This document shows positions 33,224-43,056 of a stretch of 64,000 bases of DNA, piece by piece. The stretch is taken from sequence record SRR20825019_1335; one strand, given 5' to 3'. A program made the translations under genes and the position numbers. The notes beneath the pieces are model-generated. The model was not told the origin of the DNA, did not search any database, and worked only from the letters and a program-made list of their open reading frames with translations. Numbering within the stretch: the stretch's first letter is position 1; each line of letters begins with the position of its first letter.

Positions 33224-33249
33224 AGACGCACGGATTTGAATCCATTGCA
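33224..33249 (-). promoter_or_regulatory. putative ECF autoregulatory promoter
   Basis: TGCAAT-N15-CGTCT on the minus strand, about 35 nt upstream of the ECF gene. Confidence 0.55.
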
Positions 33250-33613
33250 TTTTTTTTGAAATAAATGTAAAACGAAGATGAACTTGTTAGAATGTTAGAG
33301 TGTTGAGTGGTTGAGAATCGCGCGGAAAGGCTATAAATGTGGATGCCTTGAGAACTAGAAAGAATTAATCTCGCTTGGTCTCAAATCTAAAGAAAGCAAT
33401 TCGCCCTGAAGGAAATTTAAGTTTTCTAAAAACTGTAGAGTTTCAATTATTCATGAATTAAGCGTTTTTTTTAATTCTGTCGGTTCAGTAAAAAATGTAC
33501 TTTAGTTTCATGCGATTCTTAATTAATCGTCTATATTTCGTTTTTGAAAGAACCCTGACTTTTCAAACGAAGCACGAGGAATCATTCAGTAATTTAAATA
33601 AGACAAACGAGCA

Positions 33614-36163
33614 TTGAAAGGCATTAAAGAAATCATCTTTATCATTATCTTTTTTGTTTCACAACATTCGATTTCTCAGGAGGCTATTTTTGAAAATTTC
33701 ACTGAGAATAACGGTCTTCCAAGCACGCAAGTGTACGACATGTATCAAGATGTAAATGGATATATGTGGTTTGCTACAGATCGAGGAATTGCTCGTTATG
33801 ATGGGTATTCATTTGAATCTTATGGAATTAAGGATGGGGTTACTGGAAATACCGTTTTTAAATTCTACCCACAAAATAACGGTGATGTTTGGTGTTCGAC
33901 CTTCAATAACCGCTTGTTTTATTTTAATGCATCTGATTATAAGTTTAGGCCTTATGAACACAACGATTCACTTGTTAAATATGCGGTAGATGCTGTTATC
34001 AATGATCTGTATATTTCTCCGAATAAGACACTTTATCTTTCTTATATCGTTCCGTTTGGGATGTTAAAAGTTGAGCAGTCGGGAAAGGTATCCTTTGATG
34101 AAGGGGTTAGTTATCCAGGAAGTGTCACGATAGAGAGAACAATTGATGGGCATGAGTTCACTTATTACGAAGAAGAACTTATTCTGCCACGAACGCACAA
34201 GGGCTACATTCTAGCGAATCATCGCATTACAGGCTCGGCATACAAAGGTTTCCAAATGGAGGGCTTAAGTGTGATTTCTGATATGAAGGAAGTGTTTATA
34301 AAGAGAGGAAACACGTTGATCAGGAGAATTGATAACGGCTTTTCACCGATCAATGTTGGTAAATACGATGATAATCATTTTTGGATTTCCTATCGGCATG
34401 GTGGGGTGAGTATTGTAGATCTTAGGGGGAATTTCGTAAAGAATTTTCTAAATGGTGAATCTGTAACCTTTCTAACTCTAGATCATGAAGATGGTATTTG
34501 GGTTTCTACGCTTTCATCGGGTGTTTTCTACAGTAAGCACCCACAAATAGTTGATTATTCTTTTGGGAAGGATAATTATGTATATGATTTGGCTCAAGAT
34601 GAACAAAAACGACTATGGGTCAGTTTGTATGACGGGAGTAATTATTGCTATCAAAATTCGGATTTTCTTCTGCGTTACAGATCAAATACAAATAATCCTA
34701 TTGCGATGGATTACGACAAGGTTCATAATTCTCACCTTTTATTTAGTAATGGTCAAATATATATTGATGGCATCTCTCGATTTCAGTTCAGTAATAACTA
34801 TACTGCAATAAATCAGCATAACAACACTATTTTGTTAAGCTCGATTGCTGAATGGACAACAGTTCAGAATTCGACCATCAACACCTATCAAACAAAGCAA
34901 AGGATCAAGGATATCATGCCTGCGAAAAATGGGTTCTACCTTGCTACGCAAAGGGGGCTATTTTTCTTTGACACTCTTTTACAAAAGGAAAATCTAATTT
35001 TATTACCAAAACTTGATTGCAGAATTGAGGATATTGAAAAGTTTAGAGGGAAGTATTATTTTGCCACACTTGGATCGGGGATAGTTGTAATGAACGGAAC
35101 AAAAACTTCCACGATTTCCAAAGTAAATGGGCTCTTCAGTGACCAAGTAAACAAGCTTTATGTAGAAAATGATTCCTGTCTATGGGTATGCACGAACATG
35201 GGTTTAAATCGGATACAGTTTCATAGTAAAAATGGCACGTATTCTATTTCTGGACTTAGTACAAATGACGGGTTGATTTATAATAATGTTACCGATATAG
35301 AACTAATTGGTGACATTGTATGGGTTGGAACGCGAGGAGGATTGTGTTCCTTCCCGAAAAAAATACTAGACAATAAAAGAAACGAGCTCCATATTGATTA
35401 CCATCTCGATTTTTTGCGTTTTGAGATAAATGGAGTAGAAGTAGATCAAGGTCATTTGGTGGAATTAAGTCATAATGAGAATAAACTCTCCTTTTATTTC
35501 AAAGCAATTTCCTTCAAGAATAAATCGAATCTAGTTTATCGCTATAAAATGATAAACCTCGAAGAACAGTGGAATTACACTTCTGAGCCAAATTGCACAT
35601 ACCCGAGCCTGCCATTTGGAAATTATCAGTTTGTTCTTCAAGTCAGTTCAGATGGAAAGACATGGAGTAACGGAAAATTGGAACAGTTGATTCATATTTC
35701 GCCTCCTTTTTATAGGGCTTGGTGGTTTATTATTTTAGTTGTCTTGTGTCTTTCAGGAGCTATTTACCTGTTTTTTAAGCTGAGGGTTTTAGTCTATAAT
35801 AAAGATGTTATAGGTGAGTTAATTCGCTTAATTGTTCAGAAATTAAAACGAAAGGAACAATTTATAATTTTCCGAGAATTGGGAAAAGATGTAAAGATAA
35901 AGTCGTCAGATGTCCTTTACGTTAAATCAGCGAACAACTACATTGAGATTTTTACAGAGCAAAAAACACACATTGTTCGTTTCAAGATAGGAGAGTTTTT
36001 GTCCGCGACACCAGACCCACTTGAATACCTTCGAATCCATCGATCTTACATTATTCGAATAGATAAAGTAAACACAAAATCAGTGAAGAATGTTCAAATC
36101 AACAATGTTGAAATTCCCGTTGGACGATCTTACCATGACCAATTGGATAAAATTATCTTCTGA
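33614..36163 (+). CDS. membrane-anchored one-component regulator: beta-propeller sensor, Y_Y_Y, TM, LytTR DNA-binding domain
   Basis: Reg_prop repeats (NGLPS...GYMWFATDRG), Y_Y_Y (YRYKM..L...W; LPFGNYQF), PPFYRAWWF TM, LytTR (NNYIEI, LRIHRSYII, IPVGRSY). No kinase or receiver domain. Confidence 0.88.
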   Translation: MKGIKEIIFIIIFFVSQHSISQEAIFENFTENNGLPSTQVYDMYQDVNGYMWFATDRGIARYDGYSFESYGIKDGVTGNTVFKFYPQNNGDVWCSTFNNRLFYFNASDYKFRPYEHNDSLVKYAVDAVINDLYISPNKTLYLSYIVPFGMLKVEQSGKVSFDEGVSYPGSVTIERTIDGHEFTYYEEELILPRTHKGYILANHRITGSAYKGFQMEGLSVISDMKEVFIKRGNTLIRRIDNGFSPINVGKYDDNHFWISYRHGGVSIVDLRGNFVKNFLNGESVTFLTLDHEDGIWVSTLSSGVFYSKHPQIVDYSFGKDNYVYDLAQDEQKRLWVSLYDGSNYCYQNSDFLLRYRSNTNNPIAMDYDKVHNSHLLFSNGQIYIDGISRFQFSNNYTAINQHNNTILLSSIAEWTTVQNSTINTYQTKQRIKDIMPAKNGFYLATQRGLFFFDTLLQKENLILLPKLDCRIEDIEKFRGKYYFATLGSGIVVMNGTKTSTISKVNGLFSDQVNKLYVENDSCLWVCTNMGLNRIQFHSKNGTYSISGLSTNDGLIYNNVTDIELIGDIVWVGTRGGLCSFPKKILDNKRNELHIDYHLDFLRFEINGVEVDQGHLVELSHNENKLSFYFKAISFKNKSNLVYRYKMINLEEQWNYTSEPNCTYPSLPFGNYQFVLQVSSDGKTWSNGKLEQLIHISPPFYRAWWFIILVVLCLSGAIYLFFKLRVLVYNKDVIGELIRLIVQKLKRKEQFIIFRELGKDVKIKSSDVLYVKSANNYIEIFTEQKTHIVRFKIGEFLSATPDPLEYLRIHRSYIIRIDKVNTKSVKNVQINNVEIPVGRSYHDQLDKIIF

Positions 36164-36173
36164 GCGCACTTAA

Positions 36174-36204
36174 TTTCGCCACAGTTTTAATGTCGTTCGC
36201 CCCA
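36174..36204 (+). promoter_or_regulatory. putative LytTR-binding direct repeat
   Basis: TTTCGCCACA / GTTCGCCCCA at 21-bp spacing between the LytTR regulator and the next gene. Confidence 0.5.
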
Positions 36205-36286
36205 AAGCACCTATTTTATTGATGTTTTAGAATTGATTTCAAGCAGATTTGCCCAAATATTTAATCACTTTAAAAACAATTCCTTT

Positions 36287-38317
36287 ATGAAAAAAACACT
36301 TCTTGGAATAGCCTTTTTAACCTTTGGGTTCGCAGGGCTATCACAAAACTTAATTCTCAATCCCGACTTTGAGATTGGATCAGTTCCAACTCAATTAGGA
36401 CAGATTGCTAATGCAACGTACTGGTCACAGCCATGTACAGATGCGCATATGTATACTGGTCCCAATGGTTCTGGTGCTGACTTATTTGACCGAAACTCCA
36501 GTAATCCAGATGTTCAAGTTCCTGTAAATATTTTTACATTCGGAGATGTACTAGATGAAAATGATGGAGACAATAGATATGCTCACATTATCCAGGTAGA
36601 ACAAACTGGCGCAGGCCCAGGAGGTGCAGCAGCAACAAAAGGTGAGCGGATTACTGGAACATTGTCGGAAACGCTTCAAGCAGGATGCTACGACCTTTCT
36701 TTCTGGACAGCGGTAATACCACATGATGCTACGGTAGGTACTTTTGGTGCTACTAATCCACTTTTCCCGTTTGATATGGACAGACAAATCATAGAAGTTC
36801 TGCTTGTGAATGGAAATTCTTGCTCTGGGCTGTTGGTATATACCACTCCAAATACACCAGACGATGGTATTTGGCATAATAATTCTGTCAATTTCACATT
36901 GACTTCAGCACAAGGTGGTTTGTACAATAGTATCTTGTTTAGAATTAAAGACGATGGAGCCGCAGATGTGAATCAATTCAGTATTTTTCTTGATCAGACA
37001 TCTTTAGTACCTGCAAATACAACACTTACTATTTCAGGGAACACTGCACTCTGCGCTGGTGGTATTACTTCGTTGTCGGCACCTGCAGGATACACTAACT
37101 ATCTTTGGTCAAATGGTTCAACTTCTCAAACTATTTATACAGGAGCTGCGGGAACATACACAGTTGAAGCTTGGAATAATGGTGATGTTTGTCACGCTGT
37201 TGGATCAACAACTGTAACTGTGCATCCAAATCCATTAATTAAGCTTCCAAAGACAATTAGTGTATGTGCTGAGAACTTCACAGAATTATGTGGACCATTA
37301 TCTACAATAAACTACACTTATACCTATAACTGGTTCTATAACAACACTGTTTTACAACAATATGATCTTGTGTCTACTAATGCATGTTACACTCCTACAC
37401 AATACGGAGAGTATACATTAATTGTAACAAATCAATACGGATGTTCATCAACTAGAGTAATTAATGTTGTTGAAGGATTCGGACCTAATGTTGTAATTGA
37501 TAATGTGTATTATGGTTGTGGCGCAAAATCTCCTAAATATGTTGGTCTACCTGGACCTTTTGCAGATGCGCTTTCGTATGATTGGACGTACGATGACGGA
37601 AGTGGACCTGTTTCTTATTCAAGCCCATACGGTCATCAATCACTTAATTTAGGTGACGGAATCTATTGTGTAACTATCACATGGAGCGATGTAAATAATC
37701 CGTCTCTACGTGGATGTACATCAACAGCTTGTTTCAAAGTTCAAGAATGTTGTGCGCCTAATCCAGAATTTAGTATCCAATGGACACCAGGAGCAAACAC
37801 AGGTACGATTACAGTGAATAACATTCCAGCAAATACTGTAAATTATACGTATGAGCAGTTTACGCTTTACAAGAACTGTAATAATACAGGTTGGGTGAAT
37901 GCTGGACTTCCTACAGTTATTAGAACAAGCAATTTCAATACGCCAGTTGTTTTCAATAATTTGGATAAAAACTGTATCTACAAAGTTGTACATATTGTAA
38001 AATCTGAGTGTTTACAAATGGACTATACGTACACAGGTTATGCGTATGGAAAACTGATGGTTTCTATCTATCCAAATCCAGCGATTGTTGCTGCACCAGT
38101 TACAATTGAAATGACGTCTCTTTCTGAAAAATCGACTGTTGAAATCAGCGATGTAGAAACAGGAGAGTTGATTTTCACTGGAGTATTGGAATACGATCAA
38201 CCATTGACAGTTGCTTATGATGTCTTCCCAAGAAAAAGAGGAGAAGCAGGAAGTCTTTATAGCGTAAAAATCTCTAATTCTAAAGAGACTATTACGGAGA
38301 AAATACTTGTACGCTAA
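36287..38317 (+). CDS. T9SS-secreted protein with CBM-like N-terminus and Ig/PKD-like domains
   Basis: Signal peptide from ATG 36287, QNLILNPDFE start, YLWSNG and GEYTLIVTNQYGC repeats, C-terminal IYPNP CTD. Confidence 0.82.
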   Translation: MKKTLLGIAFLTFGFAGLSQNLILNPDFEIGSVPTQLGQIANATYWSQPCTDAHMYTGPNGSGADLFDRNSSNPDVQVPVNIFTFGDVLDENDGDNRYAHIIQVEQTGAGPGGAAATKGERITGTLSETLQAGCYDLSFWTAVIPHDATVGTFGATNPLFPFDMDRQIIEVLLVNGNSCSGLLVYTTPNTPDDGIWHNNSVNFTLTSAQGGLYNSILFRIKDDGAADVNQFSIFLDQTSLVPANTTLTISGNTALCAGGITSLSAPAGYTNYLWSNGSTSQTIYTGAAGTYTVEAWNNGDVCHAVGSTTVTVHPNPLIKLPKTISVCAENFTELCGPLSTINYTYTYNWFYNNTVLQQYDLVSTNACYTPTQYGEYTLIVTNQYGCSSTRVINVVEGFGPNVVIDNVYYGCGAKSPKYVGLPGPFADALSYDWTYDDGSGPVSYSSPYGHQSLNLGDGIYCVTITWSDVNNPSLRGCTSTACFKVQECCAPNPEFSIQWTPGANTGTITVNNIPANTVNYTYEQFTLYKNCNNTGWVNAGLPTVIRTSNFNTPVVFNNLDKNCIYKVVHIVKSECLQMDYTYTGYAYGKLMVSIYPNPAIVAAPVTIEMTSLSEKSTVEISDVETGELIFTGVLEYDQPLTVAYDVFPRKRGEAGSLYSVKISNSKETITEKILVR

Positions 38318-38340
38318 AAGCAATACCACTATTTACTTTA

Positions 38341-38372
38341 AAGAGTCCGTCAGAAATGGCGGGCTCTTTTTT
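38341..38372. terminator. bidirectional intrinsic terminator
   Basis: AAGAGTCCGTC...GGCGGGCTCTTTTTT between convergent genes. Confidence 0.75.
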
Positions 38373-38384
38373 ATTCCTAAAACG

Positions 38385-41300
38385 CTAGAGTGGTTGAATC
38401 AAAATGGAATTCAAGGTTTCGTATCGAAGCAGCAATTGTTCTCTGTCATCTTCGAATCCTGAAAAAACGATTCCTTGTTCTGTTAGAATCCAGTTCATTT
38501 TCAAGTTTCTAATGAGTTGCGGGGTATTGATACACTTAAAGCCAAATGTTTGTCGTCGCGTAATTTCATCTACGATCATTCTATCCAATTCTTCCTCTTT
38601 CTCAGGAATAATAAGATCAGTAATCTCTATTGAATGCCATTCATTTCCGTAAAACCGAAAATTCTCTCGGTTAACTGTTTTGTCCACGTGGTTTTCGCGC
38701 TGTTGGGAAAGATATCCATTCTTGGAATAGTGTATTTTGTAAGTGCCATTAATATATGGATATCGATGATCTGCAACCCATAATAGATTCGATTTCCCTT
38801 GCGATTTATGAATTTTTCCAATGGTGTATTCTTTTAAATAATACAATAAACGTTCGTTGAACAGAGCTTCATATCCAGCATCTTTTTGATGAAAAGAAAA
38901 CAATCCCATTAGTGCGTTGGTTTGTCCTGTTTCTGTGCTTATATGTAGGAACTTCGCAAGTTGATTTTTAGTTTCCAAATTGTGCATTGAAGTAGGAGGG
39001 ACTATAACCTTAAAATCACGATCTAAAACAGAGATAGAGTCACCAGAGAAAACATAGTACTTCGAATGATTAGAGTAGCCACTGATGTTTTCGTAGATCG
39101 CTTCTGTTTTCTTGCCCGATTGCGTATAAAATCCCCATTTACCATTTTTAAGGTAGGCAACCGTTTGCTTGTCCAGTTGAAAAAGGGAATTGTTTTCAAT
39201 TGGTAGAACTAACTTAAAATCAGTGTCAATAAGTCCGTGAAGAGAACCATTTGATACAATTTGAAAAGGTGCAATTGGACCTGAATTTGGGCGATCTGTA
39301 GTGAAATCAATCATTTCGTCTCCATCACTGTTCATAATGATCCATCTTAATTTTCCCAAACTATCTTTTTCTCCAAGCCAAAAGAACTCTTCCTTATAGT
39401 GATTTTGAACGCTTTGAATCGGAACAATTTGATTGAGACTTCCTCTAGGAATTAGCCATTTTTTCTTGCTGATATTCCATAATCCTTTTTCACTATTTTG
39501 GTATGTGACGGTCAAAATCTTGCCTTTAGATGTGCAAGTAGCAACGTCACTAAGGCTTAAAAGTTCATCTCCTAAGTAGTTTATAATTATCAGCTTATCT
39601 CTAAGTTGACATTGGTAAATGGATGAACTTTTACTCATTATGTATGGTGAAGAGAGGATCACGGAGCCATTTCGGCGAATAAGAAAGCTTCTGTGAAGGA
39701 GAATTGTTGGCTCTTCAAAATATACACGTTGATCATCGACAACGGAAAACGTGCTGTCGGAATCCATCAGCTTTAAGATTCCCTTATGAACAACATAAAG
39801 TGTTTTAATGTCTGAGTGGGCGTGACGTGCTTGACTCTGATACACTCCAAAAGTTCCAATTTGACTTACGTTATCAATAAGTTTTTTACCATTGAAATCA
39901 AACAGTTCATTCGTTCCATCCTTATTTCGAGCAAGGAGCATTTTATTTTCATAGCTTGAGAAACCAGTATAATTGAAATCACTCAGTTGGTTTGCATGAT
40001 TATCGAAAAGGGCGAAAAGAGAATCCTTTGCCATTAAGTGATAATGAACATAAGTAGCTTGTCCATTTGAGTCATATTTTCTCAGAGTAATCTGTTGTGA
40101 CTTCTTAAAAATGAAAGGCGTGATTTGTTCTCCCGAATACCTTAACCATCCGAAATTGTTTGTTTTTAATTCTTGAACTAAGAATGCTGTGGAATCATAC
40201 GTTTTTACAGGATCAGTTGAGTATTCTCTTCTGATAGATGTTGTAACATAGCTTCGAGTAAGTTTGAGTTGATCATCGTAAATATCGATAAGCTGGTTGT
40301 ATTCATATTGATTACTTTTTGAATTGAGCCTTGTGAAACACCAGTAATAGTCCGTTTCTTCCCCTACGAATTGGGAAATATTATCGTACTTTTTAGGGAT
40401 TTTAGCTCCAGTTTTGTAGTTGATCAATCCCCATTTGAAGGGAGAATAACCGTATTCGGAATACTTTTTTCCTTGAGCAGGTTTCGTGAGAAATAGAACC
40501 TCTTTATTTGGATTCATAACGCAACCTGATTCCATTCCTTCTTGGTAGTAATCCCAATATTTTTCTCCAGATGGAAGTGGATTTGTATGACTTGGAATTC
40601 CTTGATATAATTTGGAGGTTATGTTAAAGTTAGAATCGATAACACACCATTGTTTGCCCTTCCAAACAACAGTGAGGTTTCCGAGTGCTTCAATGTTATC
40701 GAATTCTGGAGATAATGTGTTGGTTTGGCTATCAAAAATGCGGACCTTGTTATTCTTTTTAAGAAGAAAATTATGGTAGTTGAAATGGTTTTTTATTTCA
40801 TCATACTCGGTCGGTAAAATTTGAGTTCCATTTAATCGAATAAGTCCGAATTTATTCAACGAATCCGTTACAATGCAGGACATATCTTCGTTCCAAGGAG
40901 TTTTAGAATGCCAATTGTAAATAAGCCAAGATTCCACAAAATCACCAATTTTTTTCACCCCTTGTTGATCAATAAAATCAATTTGACCATTCCTTTTTCC
41001 GAAAAATCCAAGAATCGTATCTTCTTGCCAACTTCCGTTTGTACGAAGTGTAATCGGTTGGATGTAATCGTAGTGCTGCGGAGTGATTTCGTTACCTTTC
41101 GGATCGAGAATCCCCGACTTATGCTCATTGGATCTAACGACAAATCCCCACTTAGGAATCGACTCAACACTGTAGTGGTTACAAGGAATAGTGAGAACTC
41201 CTTCACTCGAAACAAAACCGAGCTTTTCCCCTTTTTTAACAATCCATCCGTGAGTATTTCCTGAAATCCAAACTCTTTTCTCTGAATCAAATTGAGGCTC

Positions 41301-41435
41301 TAGAATAACTTTTTCATCAGACGTCCTAAATCCAATTAAACATTGTCCATAATCTTCGTAAGGCCAGACTTGAGCTGCGAGATGAAAGTTGATGGATAAC
41401 CAGAAAAGGAGAAGCGTTGTTTTAAGTAGTTTCAT
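38385..41435 (-). CDS. WG-repeat-containing exported protein
   Basis: Signal peptide; repeated K(W/F/L)G(L/F)I...G...P..Y units (KLGFVSSEG, KFGLIRLNGTQILPTEYD, KWGLINYKTG, KWGFYTQSG). Confidence 0.8.
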   Translation of the reverse strand: MKLLKTTLLLFWLSINFHLAAQVWPYEDYGQCLIGFRTSDEKVILEPQFDSEKRVWISGNTHGWIVKKGEKLGFVSSEGVLTIPCNHYSVESIPKWGFVVRSNEHKSGILDPKGNEITPQHYDYIQPITLRTNGSWQEDTILGFFGKRNGQIDFIDQQGVKKIGDFVESWLIYNWHSKTPWNEDMSCIVTDSLNKFGLIRLNGTQILPTEYDEIKNHFNYHNFLLKKNNKVRIFDSQTNTLSPEFDNIEALGNLTVVWKGKQWCVIDSNFNITSKLYQGIPSHTNPLPSGEKYWDYYQEGMESGCVMNPNKEVLFLTKPAQGKKYSEYGYSPFKWGLINYKTGAKIPKKYDNISQFVGEETDYYWCFTRLNSKSNQYEYNQLIDIYDDQLKLTRSYVTTSIRREYSTDPVKTYDSTAFLVQELKTNNFGWLRYSGEQITPFIFKKSQQITLRKYDSNGQATYVHYHLMAKDSLFALFDNHANQLSDFNYTGFSSYENKMLLARNKDGTNELFDFNGKKLIDNVSQIGTFGVYQSQARHAHSDIKTLYVVHKGILKLMDSDSTFSVVDDQRVYFEEPTILLHRSFLIRRNGSVILSSPYIMSKSSSIYQCQLRDKLIIINYLGDELLSLSDVATCTSKGKILTVTYQNSEKGLWNISKKKWLIPRGSLNQIVPIQSVQNHYKEEFFWLGEKDSLGKLRWIIMNSDGDEMIDFTTDRPNSGPIAPFQIVSNGSLHGLIDTDFKLVLPIENNSLFQLDKQTVAYLKNGKWGFYTQSGKKTEAIYENISGYSNHSKYYVFSGDSISVLDRDFKVIVPPTSMHNLETKNQLAKFLHISTETGQTNALMGLFSFHQKDAGYEALFNERLLYYLKEYTIGKIHKSQGKSNLLWVADHRYPYINGTYKIHYSKNGYLSQQRENHVDKTVNRENFRFYGNEWHSIEITDLIIPEKEEELDRMIVDEITRRQTFGFKCINTPQLIRNLKMNWILTEQGIVFSGFEDDREQLLLRYETLNSILIQPL

Positions 41436-41531
41436 TGGAACTATAATACAGAAAATTTAAGTTGTTACGTGATATTATGGTTCATATCGAGCAATTTAAA
41501 CAGGATGTCAGGCTACTCCCTAAAGATATCG

Positions 41532-41539
41532 TATCTTTG
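41532..41539 (+). promoter_or_regulatory. Bacteroidota -7 promoter box
   Basis: TATCTTTG, 15 nt before ATG 41555; supports that start for the helicase. Confidence 0.6.
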
Positions 41540-41554
41540 CAGGAAATTTTTCGC

Positions 41555-42910
41555 ATGGACTCATTCAATGATTTTAATCTCAAGAAGCTACTTGCACGCG
41601 CGATCGATGATTTAGGATTTGAAAAGCCTACACCGATTCAGCAGGAGTCATTCTCAGTAATTCTTTCTGGGAAAGATATGCTGGGTATTGCACAAACGGG
41701 TACGGGAAAAACATTGGGATATATGCTTCCAGTGTTGGAAGAGATGAAGTATTCTGATCAGCTGAATCCTAGGGTTTTAGTTCTTGTTCCAACACGTGAG
41801 TTAGTGACTCAGGTTGTGAGTGAGATTGAGTCTTTTTCTAAATACATGACAATCAGAACGATTGGAGTATTTGGAGGAGTGAATATTAAAACACAGCGCC
41901 GTGCATTATTGGATGGAGCGGATATAATTGTGGCAACACCAGGTCGATTATACGATTTAGTATTAAGTCAAGATGTATTGTTGAAGGGAATCAAAAAGTT
42001 GATTATTGACGAAGTTGATGTGATGCTGGATTTAGGTTTTCTTCCTCAATTGAATAATATTATGGAGTTATTGCCACGGAAGCGACAAAATATTTTGTTT
42101 TCGGCGACAATGACAGATCACGTGAATGACTTGATTGACGCATTTTTCATCGCGCCAGCTAAAATATCAATCGCAGTAAGTGGAACACCTCTTGATAATA
42201 TCAGTCAAACATGTTACCCTGTAGCGAATTTCTATACGAAAATCAATTTACTCAAGCATTTATTGGTGGATCAAGATGAATTCACAAAAGTGCTCGTTTT
42301 TGTAGGTTCAAAGAACCATGCAGATAGAGTTTTCAATGCAATTGAGCCCGATTTTGGTTCAGAAAGTTGCATCATTCACTCTAACAAGTCTCAAAATTAT
42401 CGAATGCGTTCAATTGAGGAGTTCTCGGCGGGTAAACACCGTATTTTGATCTCTACCGACGTTATGGCGCGTGGATTGGATTTGGATAAAATTTCGCACG
42501 TAATCAATTTTGATACCCCAGCATTCCCTGAAAATTACATGCACAGAATCGGTCGTACAGGTCGAGCAAAGGAGGAAGGGAAATCCGTTTTGTTTTATAC
42601 AGAGAAAGAGATCCCGCTCAAAGAGTCAATCGAAGAGTTAATGGATTACCAAATTCCAGCAATTGACTTCCCGAATGAAGTAGAGGTTTCCAAAGAACTT
42701 CTTCCGGAAGAGCGTCCAGACGATATGATGGTCAAAGACCTCGGAAGAAACAATAGTGATGATGCTTCTGGCCGTGGATTCCATGCCAAGAAAGAGAAAA
42801 ATAAAAAGGTGAATCTTGGCGGAAGCTATAAGCGTGAAGTTGCCAAGAAATACAAAAAGGCTCAAACCCGCGGAGATAAAACGTATCATAAACGAAAGAA
42901 AAGAGGTTAG
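41555..42910 (+). CDS. DEAD/DEAH-box RNA helicase
   Basis: Q motif, AQTGTGKT, PTREL, TPGR, DEVD, SAT, ARGLD, HRIGRTGR, basic C-tail. Confidence 0.95.
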   Translation: MDSFNDFNLKKLLARAIDDLGFEKPTPIQQESFSVILSGKDMLGIAQTGTGKTLGYMLPVLEEMKYSDQLNPRVLVLVPTRELVTQVVSEIESFSKYMTIRTIGVFGGVNIKTQRRALLDGADIIVATPGRLYDLVLSQDVLLKGIKKLIIDEVDVMLDLGFLPQLNNIMELLPRKRQNILFSATMTDHVNDLIDAFFIAPAKISIAVSGTPLDNISQTCYPVANFYTKINLLKHLLVDQDEFTKVLVFVGSKNHADRVFNAIEPDFGSESCIIHSNKSQNYRMRSIEEFSAGKHRILISTDVMARGLDLDKISHVINFDTPAFPENYMHRIGRTGRAKEEGKSVLFYTEKEIPLKESIEELMDYQIPAIDFPNEVEVSKELLPEERPDDMMVKDLGRNNSDDASGRGFHAKKEKNKKVNLGGSYKREVAKKYKKAQTRGDKTYHKRKKRG

Positions 42911-43056
42911 ATAAACTTCTTTTTTCGGCTATAATCTTTTTCACGCATGTTCGCGTAAAAACCCCTGATTTTAAGGACTCATTATTCTTGACGGCTTTTT
43001 TTTCATTAGCTTTAATTGTTAACAAACATGAAATCTAACCGCCAAATATCAAAAAT

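Noticed and set aside
33283-33316. TGTTAGAA/TGTTAGAG/TGTTGAGT/GGTTGAGA short repeats
   Set aside because: Only four degenerate units; low complexity cannot be distinguished from a binding site.
42008-42019. DEVD instead of DEAD in the helicase
   Set aside because: Within normal DExD variation; all other motifs are intact.
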